A DNA stretch of 64,000 nucleotides, from the NCBI RefSeq assembly GCF_009914755.1, contig NC_060925.1, one strand, 5' to 3'. This DNA is from the human T2T-CHM13v2.0 reference genome, Homo sapiens. Shown here one piece after another: positions 46,971-60,673 of this stretch; position 1 is the stretch's first letter, and each line of letters starts with the position of its first letter. Position numbers and translations under genes: made by a program. The notes beneath the pieces are model-generated. The model worked only from the letters and a program-made list of their open reading frames with translations, searched no databases and was not told the origin of the DNA.

Positions 46971-47626
46971 ATTGTAAGGGAAGTCTTTTGTTTTTGCTTG
47001 TTTTTTGTTGGTGAGAGGTTATACTTACATTGTTTTTAGGGTATTTTGAGTGATCAAACTTTATGATATTATCATAGCCTCTACCCACACAGTGCTTATC
47101 CTTCCATTATATTATTTTCATCTAGTTCATAAATCAGTAATCAGAAAAGAGCATTAATTCAGAACCTATAAAATTATGGTGAAAAAATATAACAATTTCA
47201 CATTTTCATCTCAATTTGATTTAAAGTTCATAGTTATTTACTAATGAATGTGGGAATTCATATGGGCCAGTAGGAGTGTAATAGACATAGTCTGAGTGTG
47301 TTTGTGATGGGCAAGTGCATGCATTCTCCCTAATATTCTGAAGGGAGAAGTTATAGAGAGATGTTTCCAGCCAGTAATATAGAACAGTGATACTGGGTCA
47401 GTAAAAAACTGATGAAAAAAAGTGGAACTTTAGAATATTTTCTTGTTTCTTGAGTTTGACTGATTTTTCAGAACCACAATAGAGCTGTGCTATTCTCAGG
47501 ATCCATGTGCTATGGAAATGTTTTGGAACATTTTTTTTTTTTTTTGGCTCTGCATTCAGGTTCTTCTCACATCCCTCTCTTTTTGAGCTTTGAAAAAAAA
47601 TCTAGGCCTTGATTTTTTAAAATTTT

Positions 47627-47756
47627 TATCTATCTATCTTTCTAATCTATTATCTATCTTTCTAATCTATTATCTATCTTTCAATCATCTATCTCTGTCT
47701 ACCTAATATATCATCTGTCTATCTATCTATGTATCTATCTATCTATCATCTATCTA
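47627..47756. repeat. Complex (TCTA)n tetranucleotide repeat with a 20-bp higher-order unit
   Basis: TATCTATCTTTCTAATCTAT twice, followed by TCTA/TCTG/TCA variants. Confidence 0.9.
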
Positions 47757-47868
47757 CATTTGTGCTACAGCAAGTCCCAGCTATGATGGAGGCAAATATG
47801 GGTATGTGTGGTGGGTGGAGTCAGGTGTCACACATTCCTTGATATTCCCCAAACTGTAACTACCCAGC

Positions 47869-48005
47869 TATATATATATATCCAGTTTTATATATATATA
47901 TATCTTTGTATATATAGCTTTGTATATATATGTATGTATATATATTCATTTGTGTGTATATATATACACACAAATGTATATGTATAGCTTAACTATGTAG
48001 CTATA
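47869..48005. repeat. (TA)n/(TATG)n low-complexity tract
   Basis: Interrupted TA runs. Confidence 0.85.
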
Positions 48006-50238
48006 TCCAAATACATATTTATGTCTATACCTAATTTATTTAAATCTAACTGAATCCAACTATCTCACTATCCAAGCCTAAGAAATTGGCACTGAAAAGT
48101 GATATTTGAGGTTACAACACAGTGTCTTATTTCCTGAATCTGTACTGGTGGATACATTTGTACCCTGGGGAACAATAGGCTGTAGGTAAAATGCAAGGAG
48201 TTGCTTCATTAAATTTTGCAGCATTGTGAGGCTAAAGGAACCCTTCTGGACCATCATAAGAGAAGGAAGTGTGTTGTTTCCCATTTTACTTCACAGAAAA
48301 GTGCGAAGTGTGATGGCACCAGCAGATTGGAAGCACAGGTCCCCAAGGTTTGACGGAGGTCCATCCGAGAACAGAGCAAATAAAGATCAACCACGGCAGT
48401 GGCAGAGTTACTGGCACCTAGGTCCTGTGGATTGTCCAGGCAAGGCCCAAATTGCAGCATTACAGCAGGGAGACTGAAAAGCAGCAGTATAATAATGGCA
48501 GTCGTGGCTCAGGGTGTGGCTCAGCAGGGAAGGGTAGAACAGTTGGTTTTCCTGGATGGAATTTCTGAATGTGGGAATCTCCCAGGGGTCTCCTGGCAAT
48601 ATGCCAGCAGAGAGGTCATTTTTAAAGGTAGAACTGAGAGATTATAGTTATATTCTTTGCGGAAAATAAGTTCATGAATGTGACCTCATTCATGTCCATG
48701 AATGAAGCTGGTGAGACAGTACAATTTTAAGTTATTTCTGTTACCCTACTTAGTTATGATATTGACTAAAGATGAGGTAATAAAAGGAAGGGAAATCTAG
48801 AGACATCACAAAATTAAAATTGTAGAAACATTTTAAAGAATTTTAAAAAGCATATGACATTTCAGAAATTATAATCAGAGGTTGCTTACATTTTAACTCA
48901 GGTATCTCTTTATCCTTGCTAAGGGAAGATGTAAGTAGCCTCTGTTAAAACTGAAGCACAGCCTAGGTTCAAACAAGTGGGGCATTGATATTAGCCGCTT
49001 CTCAAGGCAGCTGTGTAGTAACTCCAGGCTGTCAGAAAGAGTTATCAGATAGAAGACCATGCTCTTAAAAAGATACCAGTAAAACTAACTTACGTAAAAC
49101 ACTTTGTAATCTACAAACCTCATTTATTCATCATCTCATTTATTATTCATAATAAAGCCTTTTCAAGAAAATGTTTTTATCCCAATTTTGTAAATGAGGA
49201 AGCAAGGTTCAGAGATATGAAAACACACCCTAGGACGAAGGGATTTTGAACTTAAGTATTTGGATTCTAATTACAACTGTCTAGCTATAAGTATAAAAGC
49301 CCAGAGTGCATCTTAATCATTTTGGGGTAATGGAATATTTGAGAATCAAAAGAAAGTGGTAAACCCTCGCCCCAGAATAGCTACATAGATATACACATAT
49401 ACAAAATTCAAATATTCTTTCAGAAACACTTCTGAAACATATTCAGGGATATGCTACATGTCTAAAGACCACAGAATGAAAAATCTAGGCTGAAAGTGGA
49501 ATATTGGGGTGCTGTAACAATCAGGTTTAATAACTGAAGAGTTTATGTGAAAAAGCAAACTCAAGAAATTTAATTTTGTAATTGCAGTCTTATGTTTTGG
49601 GTCCCATGGTGATATTACTAAGGGTTTTCTCCTAATATAATTCATATATTCATACTGGGGGAAAAGGTTTCTGTAAATGTAGTTCTTATTTCCCTTCTGT
49701 ATGTTTCTAAGACACCTCTTTGTATTTCTCTATTCCTGTAGCAGTAATTCACATCATTGTTATATAGAACAGTACTTTACAGTTCTATTATTTTATGTAC
49801 CTGCTAAGGTTTTTTCAATTACTACTAGACAATTGCCTGTCCTAATTGGTAGCCATGAGGTGAACTGATCTTTGATGCATGTGGTATACAATATGAGGGC
49901 TGTTCACTTATTTTTCTCCCACAGTTAATGAATAAGTTACTGGAGAGTGACATTTGAATAATAGCATTGCATTAAGAGAAGCCAAATTTCCATTCTTGCT
50001 TTGTTCTTACAAAAACAGAGGGAAAATAAATCAAGAATGACCTTTAGCCTTTTAGCAATTAGATCATAATTTTTTCTTTGGTTACTAACGGTGACTCCTG
50101 AGAGTCACTATTTACAATTCTATTTATTTCATTTTACCTTAGAGTTGAATGATTTATGAATGTCTGAGCTCAGATGCATACAGGACTAACAAAACTCAGC
50201 TTTCTCGTCTCCTGTCTGCTAACAGGATAATGGGGCAT

Positions 50239-50657
50239 CGTGATGGTCTTTTAGATGTGTGAACTTGGCTAGGGTATAGCCTCTAGTTAGTCTTTCAAGC
50301 ATAAATCTAGGTATTGCTGTGAAAGTTATTTTATAAATTGTATTAATGTTCATAAAAATTGACATTTAGTAAGGCAGACTGTCTTAAATAATCCGGATGA
50401 GCCTGAATCAATTGGCTGATGAACCTTAAAATTAGAGATGAGGGTTTCTTGAAAAAGAAGAAATGCCACCTGTGGACAGCGGCTTCAGCCTGGGCTATGA
50501 GCTTCAGCATGCCCTTTTTGATAGCTTGTCCTACAGATTTCAAATTTGTCTAGCCAGCCCCACAATTTTGTAAGACAGTTATTTGCAATAAATATCTTAC
50601 ATACCTCCTATCACTTCTGCTTTTTTGGTTGTCCATTTACTGGCACAAACGTATATG
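50239..50657 (+). mobile_element. MLT2 (ERVL) solo LTR, MLT2D-like
   Basis: GTGATGGTC...ATGTGTGAACTTGGCTAGGGTATAG...AATCTAGGTATTGCTGTGAA...GCCAGCCCCACAAT...AATAAAT. Confidence 0.8.
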
Positions 50658-51189
50658 CAAATATCAATTGAGTTAAAGCAATAACTTCAGGTACCTCCTT
50701 ATTTCTCAAAAAATATACAAGTTAAACACAAGGAGTTACCCTGAATTAGAGAGAAATGTGATGATTCTCTTGAAGATTTCAAAACATTGAACTAGTCTAG
50801 ATCAGAATGTTGCTATTCTAGATGTACTGTTATCTATTATTTTAACTTAATTTGCCAATATATTAATTATCAGCTTTAGCTGGAATGTTTTCTTAAATAA
50901 AAATGTATAGATGTATGTATCTATATATTTATAGTTCACCTATTATCTATCCACATCTCTAATACCATTAAGTGTGTATTTGCACAGGTATATCTAAAGG
51001 AGGATTACTGCTGTTATTGTATATTGGTATATTTAATAACATCATATCTGATTAAATTCATAAAACTCTAGAAATCCAATAGCCTCTTATTAATATTCTG
51101 TTTCTGATTGAAATAAAAATGTTTGCTTCTTGCAACATTGCCTAATAACTTATGATAAAATAACCCCAAAAGAATATTCCGTTGAAAGT

Positions 51190-51260
51190 TGTATTCCCAC
51201 TATATATATATCCATATCTAGGTTGTATATATTTTTATATATATATATAGTGGGAATACA
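51190..51260. repeat. Perfect inverted repeat with 22-bp arms and a 27-nt spacer
   Basis: TGTATTCCCACTATATATATAT (51190-51211) and ATATATATATAGTGGGAATACA (51239-51260). Confidence 0.95.
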
Positions 51261-51785
51261 TATATATACATATATAATATATACACATACATAGCAGTAA
51301 CTAGATTACTGATGGACCAATGATGTTAAATAATCTGTGCCTACTTCTATGTTATATTTTATTATCGCATATAAATTATGTTTAATTATTGCCAATGCCT
51401 AGGAAAGTAACCTCTGAAAATTAAGAGCTTACTTTACATTAAGGTCAAGTTACCACAGACCAGAACATACACTAAAATTTACACCTAAAGGCTCTAATCC
51501 TGCAAGAATTGCATATGACTTCATTGTAATAATAATCCAGAGGAGGGATGCAGAAAATGAAAAGTGGTAGTTGGTCAGGAAAGATAAAGGAAAGAGCCAG
51601 AGACAAATTTCAATAGTGCCTATTCAAGCAGTGCTTAAAGGAGGGGCTTAACTCCTGGAGAAAACCATTCCTAACCTAGATATGGATAAATCTAACTCTC
51701 CTCATTTTGATTCCACATGTGCACCTGCCCATCTTCCTTCATTCATCAATCTGAGACATTCAACCTGCCATTAATAGTACCTGGA

Positions 51786-52850
<1,065 letters not shown>

Positions 52851-52855
52851 AATCT

Positions 52856-52980
52856 GCTGGGCACAGTGGCTCACGCCTATAATCATAGCACTTTGAAAGG
52901 CCAAGGTAGGAGGATTGCTTGAGACCAAGAGTTTGAGATCAGCCTAGGCAGCATAGTGAGACACCTTCTATAGTAAAAGA
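52856..52980 (+). mobile_element. FLAM/AluJ left monomer
   Basis: GCTGGGCACAGTGGCTCACGCC...GGAGGATTGCTTGAG...GCAGCATAGTGAGAC. Confidence 0.85.
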
Positions 52981-54677
52981 AATGTGTTATCCCAATAAAG
53001 TTATTGGGATATAATTGACAAAACAGAAACAACAAACACAACAGCAACAATTAAAATTTTTTTAAAAAGAGCATAAATAAATATTGTTATTATAATGATT
53101 ATAATGAGGTGAATGTATTTCCTGTTGATAATGTTGAGGCAGGGACATGGCAAGAGTCTGAATGTTTTAAAAATGGAATCATGTGCCAAAAATGTTGTCT
53201 TGTGAGAATGCTGTTACTGAGACTATCATTTCAGAAAATGCCTGAGGTTAGCGTGTTCCTAGCACTAGCATCAAACCTCCACTTGGGTGCCTTGGTCAGC
53301 AGCATTCTTAAGTTTGCAGATCACTGAGAAATACTGCAGAAGGTAAAAGAGAAAAGCAGTGTAAAAATGACTGCTTAGACATTTCTCTAATCAGAATCCA
53401 ATTTGATTCAATATCTGTCAAATGATAAATAATGAATTAATTTTCTCTGCAAATGTGAATATGTTAATGACACAAATAACACTTATGTGTTAGACATAAT
53501 TTATTTGAGTATCACGAGAATCCTTTGAAAATCTAGAGACAAAGATATGTGACTTGAACAACAGAAGTGGTTTTCAAAGTTGTTAAGCAAGTCAGAATGT
53601 TAAGACTTTATCTGGTTCCAACCCTTTAAATAAACAGGCAAGCAAGTAAGTACCTAAATTATTTAAAACTTCCTATCAGAATTGCTTGATAGAGTCATTC
53701 AACATATATTTTTAGCGTACCTATAATTTGAAATGAAAAGTCAAAAAGACGATAAGTGGCAATCTTTTACTCAATTAATGAATTATGTTCTTAGTCATTC
53801 AGTTATTTAGGCATTAATGTAACACTGTTTATACTGAATATTTATATTAAATAGTGTATCAGGCACTGCCAATAATGAAGAATGCAAAGATTAAGGATAT
53901 AGCTCCCATGGCCCAGGAGGTTCTACTGAACTCTATAAACTTTTTTTAGTAAATAAAATGGAAACTTTAGTAGATAAACCAGCCAATAAAATCTACAATA
54001 TCATGTTGTAGGATCGTATATTTTAAATAAGTGTATACTTACAATGATTGAACAAGTGAAGCATAAATACATAGTACACAGTGAAATTAAAAATGCAGTT
54101 ATTCTGTTTTATTGCACATAGTGAAGTAAAAAACAAAATGCCTTTTGGAAGATAAAATTAAGTGCTTTCGTTAATGTGAAAGAAAATGAGAAAATTTTAA
54201 GTGAGAAAATCTGGCTGATTGTCTATTCAGCAATCAGACAATTGCATGGTTTCATTTTTCCTTGAGATGCTTTGATAATTATTTGCTATACTTTCCTAAG
54301 AGAATTTCTATTTCAGTTTTAAGCATATTCTTAAAGTTTGAAAATTATAATTCTTATGAATTACTTTTTAAAATGTTTAGATCATTCATTTTAATACCAC
54401 ACAATGCTTGGTTTGTTGCAAAAATATAATTTTAAAGTTTCACTCTATGATTTGAATTTTACCAGGAGAAAATCAACTGGAATATCAAAATAATTTCATT
54501 TCCTTTTTGCAGTTGGTGTTAACTCTTCATTATAAACACAGTATTCATGTAATTATAGTTGAAGAGTATATACAAGCAAAGTTCAAGTGTGGCATCTAAT
54601 TTGTAGAAGTTCCTAGTTTGTTTAGGGAGGTAAGACCAAAAAAATAGCCATTTAGAAATAAAATTGTTTCTAGTTTA

Positions 54678-54785
54678 CCAAGTGTGTTGGCTCACACCTG
54701 TAATTCCAGCTACTTGGGAGGCTGAGGAGGGAGGATTGGTTGGGGCTGGATTTCAAGTCCAGCCTGGACAACATATTGAGACATA
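54678..54785 (+). mobile_element. FLAM-like Alu monomer
   Basis: GGCTCACACCTGTAATTCCAGCTACTTGGGAGGCTGAGG...CCAGCCTGGACAACATA. Confidence 0.75.
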
Positions 54786-54899
54786 GTAATTTTCTTAAAA
54801 AATATTTTTCTAAAAATAAAGATAAAGTGTAGTATAGAATTAAGTTTCAATATGAGTGTTGCAGGTATAGAAATGTTCATAAACTTTTAGTCATTGATA

Positions 54900-55130
54900 A
54901 AAGTGAGATAATGTTCCACAATGGTTCAAGTCCCAATGCCATCACTTAATAGGCATATGATTTTCGGTGAGTTATTTAACTGCTCCACGGCTCTTTATAT
55001 GGCATATAGATAATAATAGCTGCTAACTTATATGAGCTTTTTCAACAAGACTAAATCAATTTCTGTATTAATTTACTTAGAATGATTCCTGGCACAAGTA
55101 AGAGCTCCATGTTGTCAATTAGTGTTATTT
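54900..55130 (+). mobile_element. MIR
   Basis: GGTTCAAGTCCCAATGCCATCACTTA...GTTATTTAAC...CCTGGCACAAGTAAGAGCTC. Confidence 0.65.
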
Positions 55131-55641
55131 AGTGAAAGGGAAGGTGGTTGACCAAGCCAACTTTTGCCACCAGTGTGTTTGGGAAATCTTAGAGGCCTGG
55201 AAATTATCACAATAGATCTGAAAATTCAAATGAAAACCAAAAGATAACTGGTCTAAAGATTATAAGCAAATTATTAAAATAGGGAGATGCAAGCCTTTTT
55301 AACATTGAAACAAGGTTCTCATACTTGAAAAAAAATACAATTACTGATAAAACAAAAACTAAGTATTTGAAATTAAGTTGATCTAGATTTTAATGTCAGT
55401 TCTGTCCCTTATTGTCTGTGATACTGATAATAAATTGTTCAAATCCTGTCAGCCTTTTTTTTAACCTATGAAATTTATTACATTGATTAATTGGAGATAA
55501 TGAATGAGCAAATTTTCAGAAAATGAGTTTTCTTCCCATTCTTCCTTCATTCCTTTTCTTACCAAATCAATTATCAGAGAAGATTTAAGGAAGTAGATGA
55601 CACTGTCTTTTTATCCTGAATATTTGTGTTAAGACTTGTAT

Positions 55642-55662
55642 GAGAGAGAGAGAGAGAGAGAG
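55642..55662. repeat. (GA)n microsatellite
   Basis: About 10 GA units. Confidence 0.9.
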
Positions 55663-56837
55663 TTTTCGCTTAAGACTTGAGTCAGATTTGTTTAGGTAAT
55701 TTTTTTTGCCAATTATTTTTTAGTTTAGTGCTAAATAAATGTTATTTGGTTCCTTACATTATTGGTGATTTCTCTAAACATTCAATGTTCACATTTCACT
55801 TTTGTTTTCTAAATTTTTGTCTAAATAAGTCTCACTGAAACACATTTGTGAAAACATACCTCCATTCCCTGTTGCATCAAATTGGGTACTAAAAGAACTG
55901 GATGTCAAAACACTCAGGGTTTTCTCTTTTTATTCTCCTCTGCGTAAATACTGATTTCATATCTCTAGTTATCTTTAGTAAAATAGAAATGAGTCTTTTC
56001 TCTTAGCAATGCTGTGACTATACATAATATTATGTATTTTTATATATTATATATTTATATATTTTTTATTGTTATAGATATATATTTTATGCTTATATAT
56101 AATAAAATAAAAAACAACAACAAAAAACAAAAGCAAGCCTGCCATTTTCGCACAAACTATGCAGGAAGTTAGGATTGTAAAAAAGTGATTGCTAATTATA
56201 TCTTTTAATGTCACATATAAAAAAAGTTCTTCCTATGTATTTGGAATGAAATTATATATCTTATATTTTGCCTGTTTTTAATTGTATAATATATAATAAC
56301 ACTATTCCAATCACATCTGAGTTTTACAATAAATATCCAGAACTTATTTCTTCTCAAATACTTTTTTTGCTTGGTTTCCAAAACACCACTGTTTATGTTC
56401 CCTCCCTACCTCACTGCAAGCTCCTCTTCAACCTTCTTTGCTGGCTCTTTTTATCTTCTTGACCTCTGAATGCTGGAGTGCTTAGTTCTTAGGCCAAGAA
56501 AGACAGAAAGGTATTTTTATTTTCCTGAATTCACTCCCTAAATGAGTTCATGCAATCGTATCATTTAAAATATCACGTACATGCTGAGGTTTCTCAAAAT
56601 TGTCTCATATACCTTATCTCACGGTAGGTCAGCAAATGATATTGGTGCTACTCTCAAAATCAGAGCCACCCTCACACTTTGACTTCTATTCCATCTGTAC
56701 AAATATACATTAGTATATATTCCAATTTTTTGGACCCCTACATCTCTATCTTCCTATTGTCTCCAGAGTAGCAAGAGTGACCTTTTTATAACAAAAGATT
56801 TGATCAAGCCATTCCTCTATTAAAAAGCCTCTGATAC

Positions 56838-57279
<442 letters not shown>

Positions 57280-57568
57280 CTAAAATTTACTTACCATATT
57301 TAAGGCCATTTGGGATCTGGTCTCAGCTACTTTCTTAATATCATCTCTGATCACTCTCTAATCGCCTAGAAGTAAGTTGGTCTCTTTGGTGTTCCTTGAA
57401 CTCACCAACATGGTTCACCACTAAAACCTTTTACTATCTCCATCCTGGAACACCCATCCTCTTGCTTTCTTCACATTTCTGCTCAAATGTCATTTTAACA
57501 GAGGCCAACCATGACTTTAGAGTATAAAATACGCAGACCAGCTGAACCCTTTACCCTTTATCCCTTGA

Positions 57569-57932
<364 letters not shown>

Positions 57933-59471
57933 TTGTCTGTATTTTTAAAAATTTACTATCTCTGTCTACTAGTATCCTCTATAAGAACAAGGGCTTTGTC
58001 TGCTTTATTCATTGCTATATTCCTTACAAAAGTGCCAAGCTCGGAAAAGGAACTCAATAAATACTTATTGATTGAACAAATAAATGAATTCCACATCTGC
58101 CACTTACTGCAAACATGGGCAAGTAATGTAAACTCTCGATGTCCCAGTTTCTCTATTTGCCTAGCAAAAAAAGAAAGAAAATCTAACTTACATGGTCTAT
58201 TTAAGGTTAAATGGCACTATATGCTATGGGGATACCTGAGCATGTAGTAAATCTTAATGAATGATTTATATTGCTTTGACAGTCTAGCCAGGAACTGTTT
58301 GGATTAGCACAGATTTTTAGCACTTGAATTTTCCTATTCTAATTTATTTATGAGTCCGTTTCACCTGACAAAAATTAATGACCATCACAAACATATATTT
58401 TGGAAGATCAAATGAGATAAATACACAATATTTGAATTAGTAATTGTGAATGCTGTATGATAATTTATAACATTTTTCACTGAAGTTTGTTTGTTTATGT
58501 TGTGGTATACAAAGGAAAATCAAAGTATCAACCTACATTTTTGGCAAAATATGTTAAATGAAACACAATGGTCTCATTCCTATCTCAATATTCCTGGTGT
58601 ATGTAGCTTAGCCCTCATAATAAACTGAAGACTGACTTAATGAATCATTCATGATTAGTTTGAACTAATCATCGGAATGATCAGATGTTGGCAGGGGTTC
58701 CTGTAATGAAAGGAAATGATCTACCATCTGTAAGTGCCTCAGAATTCTGAAGGTTCTTAGGTTCTATTTTTTCCCTAATACTTAGTCATTTTCTGTAGCC
58801 ATTTATCTTGAATAAGCCAAAAAAAGGAAAGGTCAGCCAGATTCAAGATTTCAAAGGTGTCATTTCTTTAGCAAACATGCACTATTCTTGATAGACTTTG
58901 AAATATTTTGCATCTATAAAGGTTTCATTCAGAATCGTAAATTATAAGATATTCCAGTCTTTAAGATAAGGGAGTGTTTTGAGCTTGAATCAGCAAAACC
59001 ATTCAAACTCAACTTTCTTTGTTTCAAATAATGAAAGGATTGCCACTGCTGAAACAAATATTGAATTTTTTCAATTTTTCTATCTTTATAAAGAAGGTGG
59101 ATTGTAAATGGAAAGGTGTTGATTGGGATAATTTTTCTTTTAAATAAAACTAAAATATGTAAATATTTAAAGTTTTTCAGATGATCTGAAAAAACATTAC
59201 CAAATATTTAGCTAGTTAAAAGTTACCTATCTAACTATCTGATTAACTTTCTCACTGGTACTTTTGATCAAAAGTCACTATTTATTAACTGTACCCTGGC
59301 TTTGCTATTTACCACCATAAACAACTGATTTGTCTTGGAAACACATACCCAGCCTTCAGGACTTAGTTCAAGAAAGCCTGCCTCTATAAAGAAAGTATAA
59401 TTTCTTATTTTCTCCTTTTTTGGACTGACTTGTTTACATATAGGTTTTCTTGGCTAGTTTATAGAATCCTT

Positions 59472-59596
59472 GAGTTATTTAATCTTCTTTTGTTTTAGTT
59501 TCCTAGTACTGAATACAATTATATTTTAAAGCTCAGAGTTATTTAATCTTTAGTGTTAGTTACCTAGTACTGAATACAATTTTATTTTAAAGCTCA
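59472..59596. repeat. Two-copy tandem duplication (64 and 61 bp)
   Basis: GAGTTATTTAATCTT...CCTAGTACTGAATACAATT.TATTTTAAAGCTCA twice (59472-59535, 59536-59596). Confidence 0.92.
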
Positions 59597-60086
59597 ATTA
59601 TCTATTTTAAAGCAACAGAAACATTTTTTGTGAGTAGATGGTATATATAATGACTAATAGAATCAATGCTAGTAAATAGATTTTTTGCATCTCTCTGGGA
59701 TGAAATAAGAAAAAGAGATGTAGTATTATAAATATATGTAAGACATGCATATGTGTATATGTCTTGCATATGTTTATAAAGGAGATATAGAGTTATAAAC
59801 ATATCCAAGACAAAATCTTTTTTCTAAAAATATTATCTAAAAATAATGAAACTACTAAGATAAATAAAATATATATAGCAGGAGATGATACAACCACTTA
59901 CCAATGAGCATTCATTCCATTGTTCATTCATTCATTTATTTATTCACACAAAGGCTTTGGAGCTAACAGTAACAAGATCTTCCTGAGCTATCTTTTTTAA
60001 AAAAAAATTGCTGCAATTAAAAATCAAAAGGACTCTGGACATCACAGGAGACTGACTACTCTCATGATCTCATTCATGGTCTGGAG

Positions 60087-60443
60087 CTGCATATTTCATT
60101 ATGATAGCCACTAGTCTTCAGTGGCTATTCAGCACTTGAAATGTGTCTAGTCTTAATTGTGGGGTGCTGTAAGTTTTATTCTACCTTTAAGTTTTATTTC
60201 AGAAATAACATGAGTAAAAGTACAAAAATGCATGCTAGTTTCCAAGACTTATTAATTTAAAAATGTAAAACTTCTCAATATTTTTATTAATGAAACATTG
60301 AAATGATAGCATGTCGGACATACTGGGTTAAATGAAATTTATTAATAAGCTTAATTTCACCTGATTCTCAACTTTTTATTGTGACTACTAGAATATGTCA
60401 AATTACATATATGGCTCACATTGTATTTCTACTGGACAGCAGT
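60087..60443. mobile_element. MER33 (hAT-Charlie MITE) carrying a non-consensus ~45-bp insert
   Basis: TAGCCACTAG...GTGGCTATTCAGCACTTGAAATGTG...GTGCTGTAAGT[insert]...AAGACTTA...TAATTTCACCTG...TTTCTACTGGACAGC. Confidence 0.85.
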
Positions 60444-60449
60444 ACTCTA

Positions 60450-60673
60450 GGACCGAGATGGCAAACTTTGGCTTGTGGGCATTCGTCCCTCCACCTGTTT
60501 TTGTAAATAAAATTTTATTGGAATACAGCCCCACTCATTTGTTCACATATTGTTCATGCCTGCTTTTGTGCTACACTGGCAGAGTTGAGTAGTCACAATA
60601 GATACTGTATAGTCCACAAAGTCTAAAATATTTATGATTTGGCACTTTACAGCACAATTTTAAAGACTCCTAC
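60450..60673. mobile_element. MER58A (hAT-Charlie MITE)
   Basis: GGCAAACT...CCACCTGTTTTTGTAAATAAAATTTTATTGGAATACAGCC...GGCAGAGTTGAGTAGT...CTAAAATATTTA...CTTTACAG. Confidence 0.85.

Noticed and set aside
50464-50484. REST/RE1-like GGACAGCG half-site
   Set aside because: Left half does not match TTCAGCACC, and it lies within the MLT2 LTR.
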